DNA of 42,807 bases. Origin: a virus. Lineage: Duplodnaviria; Caudoviricetes. The notes under the pieces are model-generated. The model was not told the DNA's origin, made no database searches, and saw only the letters and a program-made list of their open reading frames with translations. Shown here one piece after another: positions 41,079-42,807 of the stretch. Both the position numbers and the translations under genes were made by a program. Numbering within the stretch: the stretch's first letter is position 1; the number at the start of each line of letters is the position of its first letter. Location: IMG/VR virus record IMGVR_UViG_3300034349_000021, positions 1-42,807 of that record. One strand, written 5' to 3'.

Positions 41079-42807
41079 AGGAAATTCTCCTCAATGAATG
41101 CACGGCCCTTGTCTTTATTATACACCGATACTGCTGACGCCTTGATAAGGCCGGCTGTCGTTTTCAGTTCAACGATGTTGGACGATGCAAACGAGCCGTC
41201 ATATGTTCCTTCCGCGCTCCATGTCCAGGTGCCAGAGCCGACGGGCTTGACTCCTATCTGACGCTTGCTGGTTGCTGTGTTGTATCGAACAGCTATTAAC
41301 AGTTCTGCGCCGTCCGCCCAAGAATACTCAACAGTAATACCAGTTGTTCCGTCATAAGTGGACAGGGCCCCGCCGGGGCCGTAAATATAGATCAGTGTAC
41401 TGGCGGGGGTATTAAACGAAAGAATCGCATGATCGCTCGGAAATACAGCACGTGCAAACCCCATCCGCGCCTTAACCACCACCACCCCTTCGGCCTGCGG
41501 TGTGACCAGCGGCCAGGAGACAACGTCCTGATTACGTGTGACAGCAACGGCATCAGCTTTAATATAGCTGGTTAGATTCTGACCAGCGCATAGATTAGCG
41601 CCAGAAATAATAGGGGACGCGTCAGTATTCCGATTTAATGAGAGAACCAGAGTCAATGCTCCGGCAGATTCATTTTTCGCACAGAACCAGTACCTTTTCC
41701 ATCCTGGCAAAGAAGCCAATACGCCATCCGATACGCGCGACATACTGCCAACTGGAGCGGCAGCAACCAAAGTCCCAGCAGCCGTATTTACCGCCCACTC
41801 TTGCCGTATTGTGGAATCAGTTGTTCTTATCCTTACCAAAAATGACCCACTGTTGTCCTTTGCAAAGAAGCTGCCGATCGCATACAAACCGGCACCGATA
41901 GACGGACCGACGACGCCGCTAAGACCACCAGTGGACGCAGTAAAGGCAATCTGTCTAGCTAAGACCCCACAAGGGGACATAGCCGTACTGACCGATACGG
42001 CTGGCTGCGCCGTACCGCCCCAGTTTTCGAGCGTCTCGCTGTACTGATTCGAGCACGTCGCTGCTGGCTCAAGCACAAGCGGAAACGGACCGGTCAGTTT
42101 GGCATCAAATACGCCCGATGCAGTACCCGCGCCGGTGTAGATATATGGAAATAGGGTGAAGCCAGCACAGAGGTTGACGCCGGAGATAGTAACCGATGGA
42201 AGTATCGCGCTTCCAAACAACGCGGCTCGATATGCAACAGGTGTGGCTAAATCGTTGCTTGCGACTATGTAGTACCTACGCCACCCATCAGCCTCAACTG
42301 ACGATCCTTTCTCGATCTCAGTCATACTTGCAGTATATTTAGAGGAAAATAGTCCAGTCGATGTATCACATACAAATTGAATTACCTGGGCACCGCTGAC
42401 TGTCTCTACTTTTACACCAAACGATCCGCTGTTATTTTTCGCATAATAACTTAGTACCACCACGCCGCCAGCAGCAACAGATATGGTATGCGACTCAAGC
42501 GCGTATCCTGCCGACGCAGAAAACGCTACCGCCCTAGCAAGCCGTCCGTGAGGCGCGACACTCTCGCTTACTGTCACCATCCCTGCCTGATGTAGCGTCC
42601 AATTTTCAATCGCCTCGGAATACCAATTAGCGCATGTGACAGTTAACCCTGTTCCTTCGGTAACGATATTATTAGCAACGCTATTATAGTTCTGTGTGAA
42701 GAAGTAGTTTAGCCCGTCGACGCCATAGGGGTACGGGCCGGCGCTGACTCCGCGGGGGACATACTCGGCGGGGTTTTGGTTAGATTGGCCGGCTACTTGG
42801 GTGACTT
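41075..42807 (-). CDS. 3' part of the ~830-aa junction-spanning virion protein, with duplicated carbohydrate-binding-like modules
   Basis: Open frame from the junction through 42580; LVLEPAAT..N.YSE and TSYI...AVTR..D motifs of phage fibre/decoration proteins. Confidence 0.8.
   Translation of the reverse strand, partial: VTQVAGQSNQNPAEYVPRGVSAGPYPYGVDGLNYFFTQNYNSVANNIVTEGTGLTVTCANWYSEAIENWTLHQAGMVTVSESVAPHGRLARAVAFSASAGYALESHTISVAAGGVVVLSYYAKNNSGSFGVKVETVSGAQVIQFVCDTSTGLFSSKYTASMTEIEKGSSVEADGWRRYYIVASNDLATPVAYRAALFGSAILPSVTISGVNLCAGFTLFPYIYTGAGTASGVFDAKLTGPFPLVLEPAATCSNQYSETLENWGGTAQPAVSVSTAMSPCGVLARQIAFTASTGGLSGVVGPSIGAGLYAIGSFFAKDNSGSFLVRIRTTDSTIRQEWAVNTAAGTLVAAAPVGSMSRVSDGVLASLPGWKRYWFCAKNESAGALTLVLSLNRNTDASPIISGANLCAGQNLTSYIKADAVAVTRNQDVVSWPLVTPQAEGVVVVKARMGFARAVFPSDHAILSFNTPASTLIYIYGPGGALSTYDGTTGITVEYSWADGAELLIAVRYNTATSKRQIGVKPVGSGTWTWSAEGTYDGSFASSNIVELKTTAGLIKASAVSVYNKDKGRAFIEENFL
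42681..42807. repeat. 127-bp terminal direct repeat, copy 2
   Basis: Identical to 1-127. Confidence 0.95.

Noticed and set aside
36060-42680. Diversity-generating retroelement or invertible tail-fibre cassette
   Set aside because: No reverse transcriptase, invertase or TR/VR-type nucleotide repeat differing at adenines was seen.
42681-42807. 127-bp repeat as a biological terminal repeat
   Set aside because: It lies in the middle of a gene and 127 is a common assembler k-mer length, so it is best explained as circular-contig overlap.

Overview
A complete, circularly assembled tailed-phage genome of 42,680 bp: bases 1-127 repeat exactly at 42681-42807. It is podovirus-like with a probably proteobacterial host, and I find no integrase, clear repressor, RNA polymerase or sigma factor. 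One ~24 kb minus-strand late module runs from ~9040 down through the window junction to a terminator at ~27690. It encodes HNH, TerS, a zincin-like protein, TerL, portal, scaffold, major capsid, an 830-aa virion protein split by the window ends, tail spike/fibre genes, holin, M15 endolysin, adaptor, nozzle and ejection proteins. A plus-strand early/replication module (9.8-27.5 kb) encodes RepB-type primase-helicase, Sak4-like ATPase, DUF669 SSB, Acb2 anti-CBASS sponge, Cas4-like nuclease, SF2 helicase, dUTPase-like protein, thymidylate synthase, dCMP deaminase and PolA. The most unusual content is a dense cis-regulatory layer: seven promoters sharing a fixed 64-65 bp LysR/OxyR-like four-box architecture, ~44 copies of CCCAAGG, five perfect TTCGC-N4-GCGAA palindromes, a chromosomal-type parS, four clustered IHF consensus sites and six CsrA/RsmA-type ARGGAY hairpins after stop codons. 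Protein oddities include a circularly permuted GH73 muramidase, a TIM-barrel tail protein split over two genes and a thymidylate synthase with dCMP-type residues. All family calls come from motif recognition by eye; no database searches were run.
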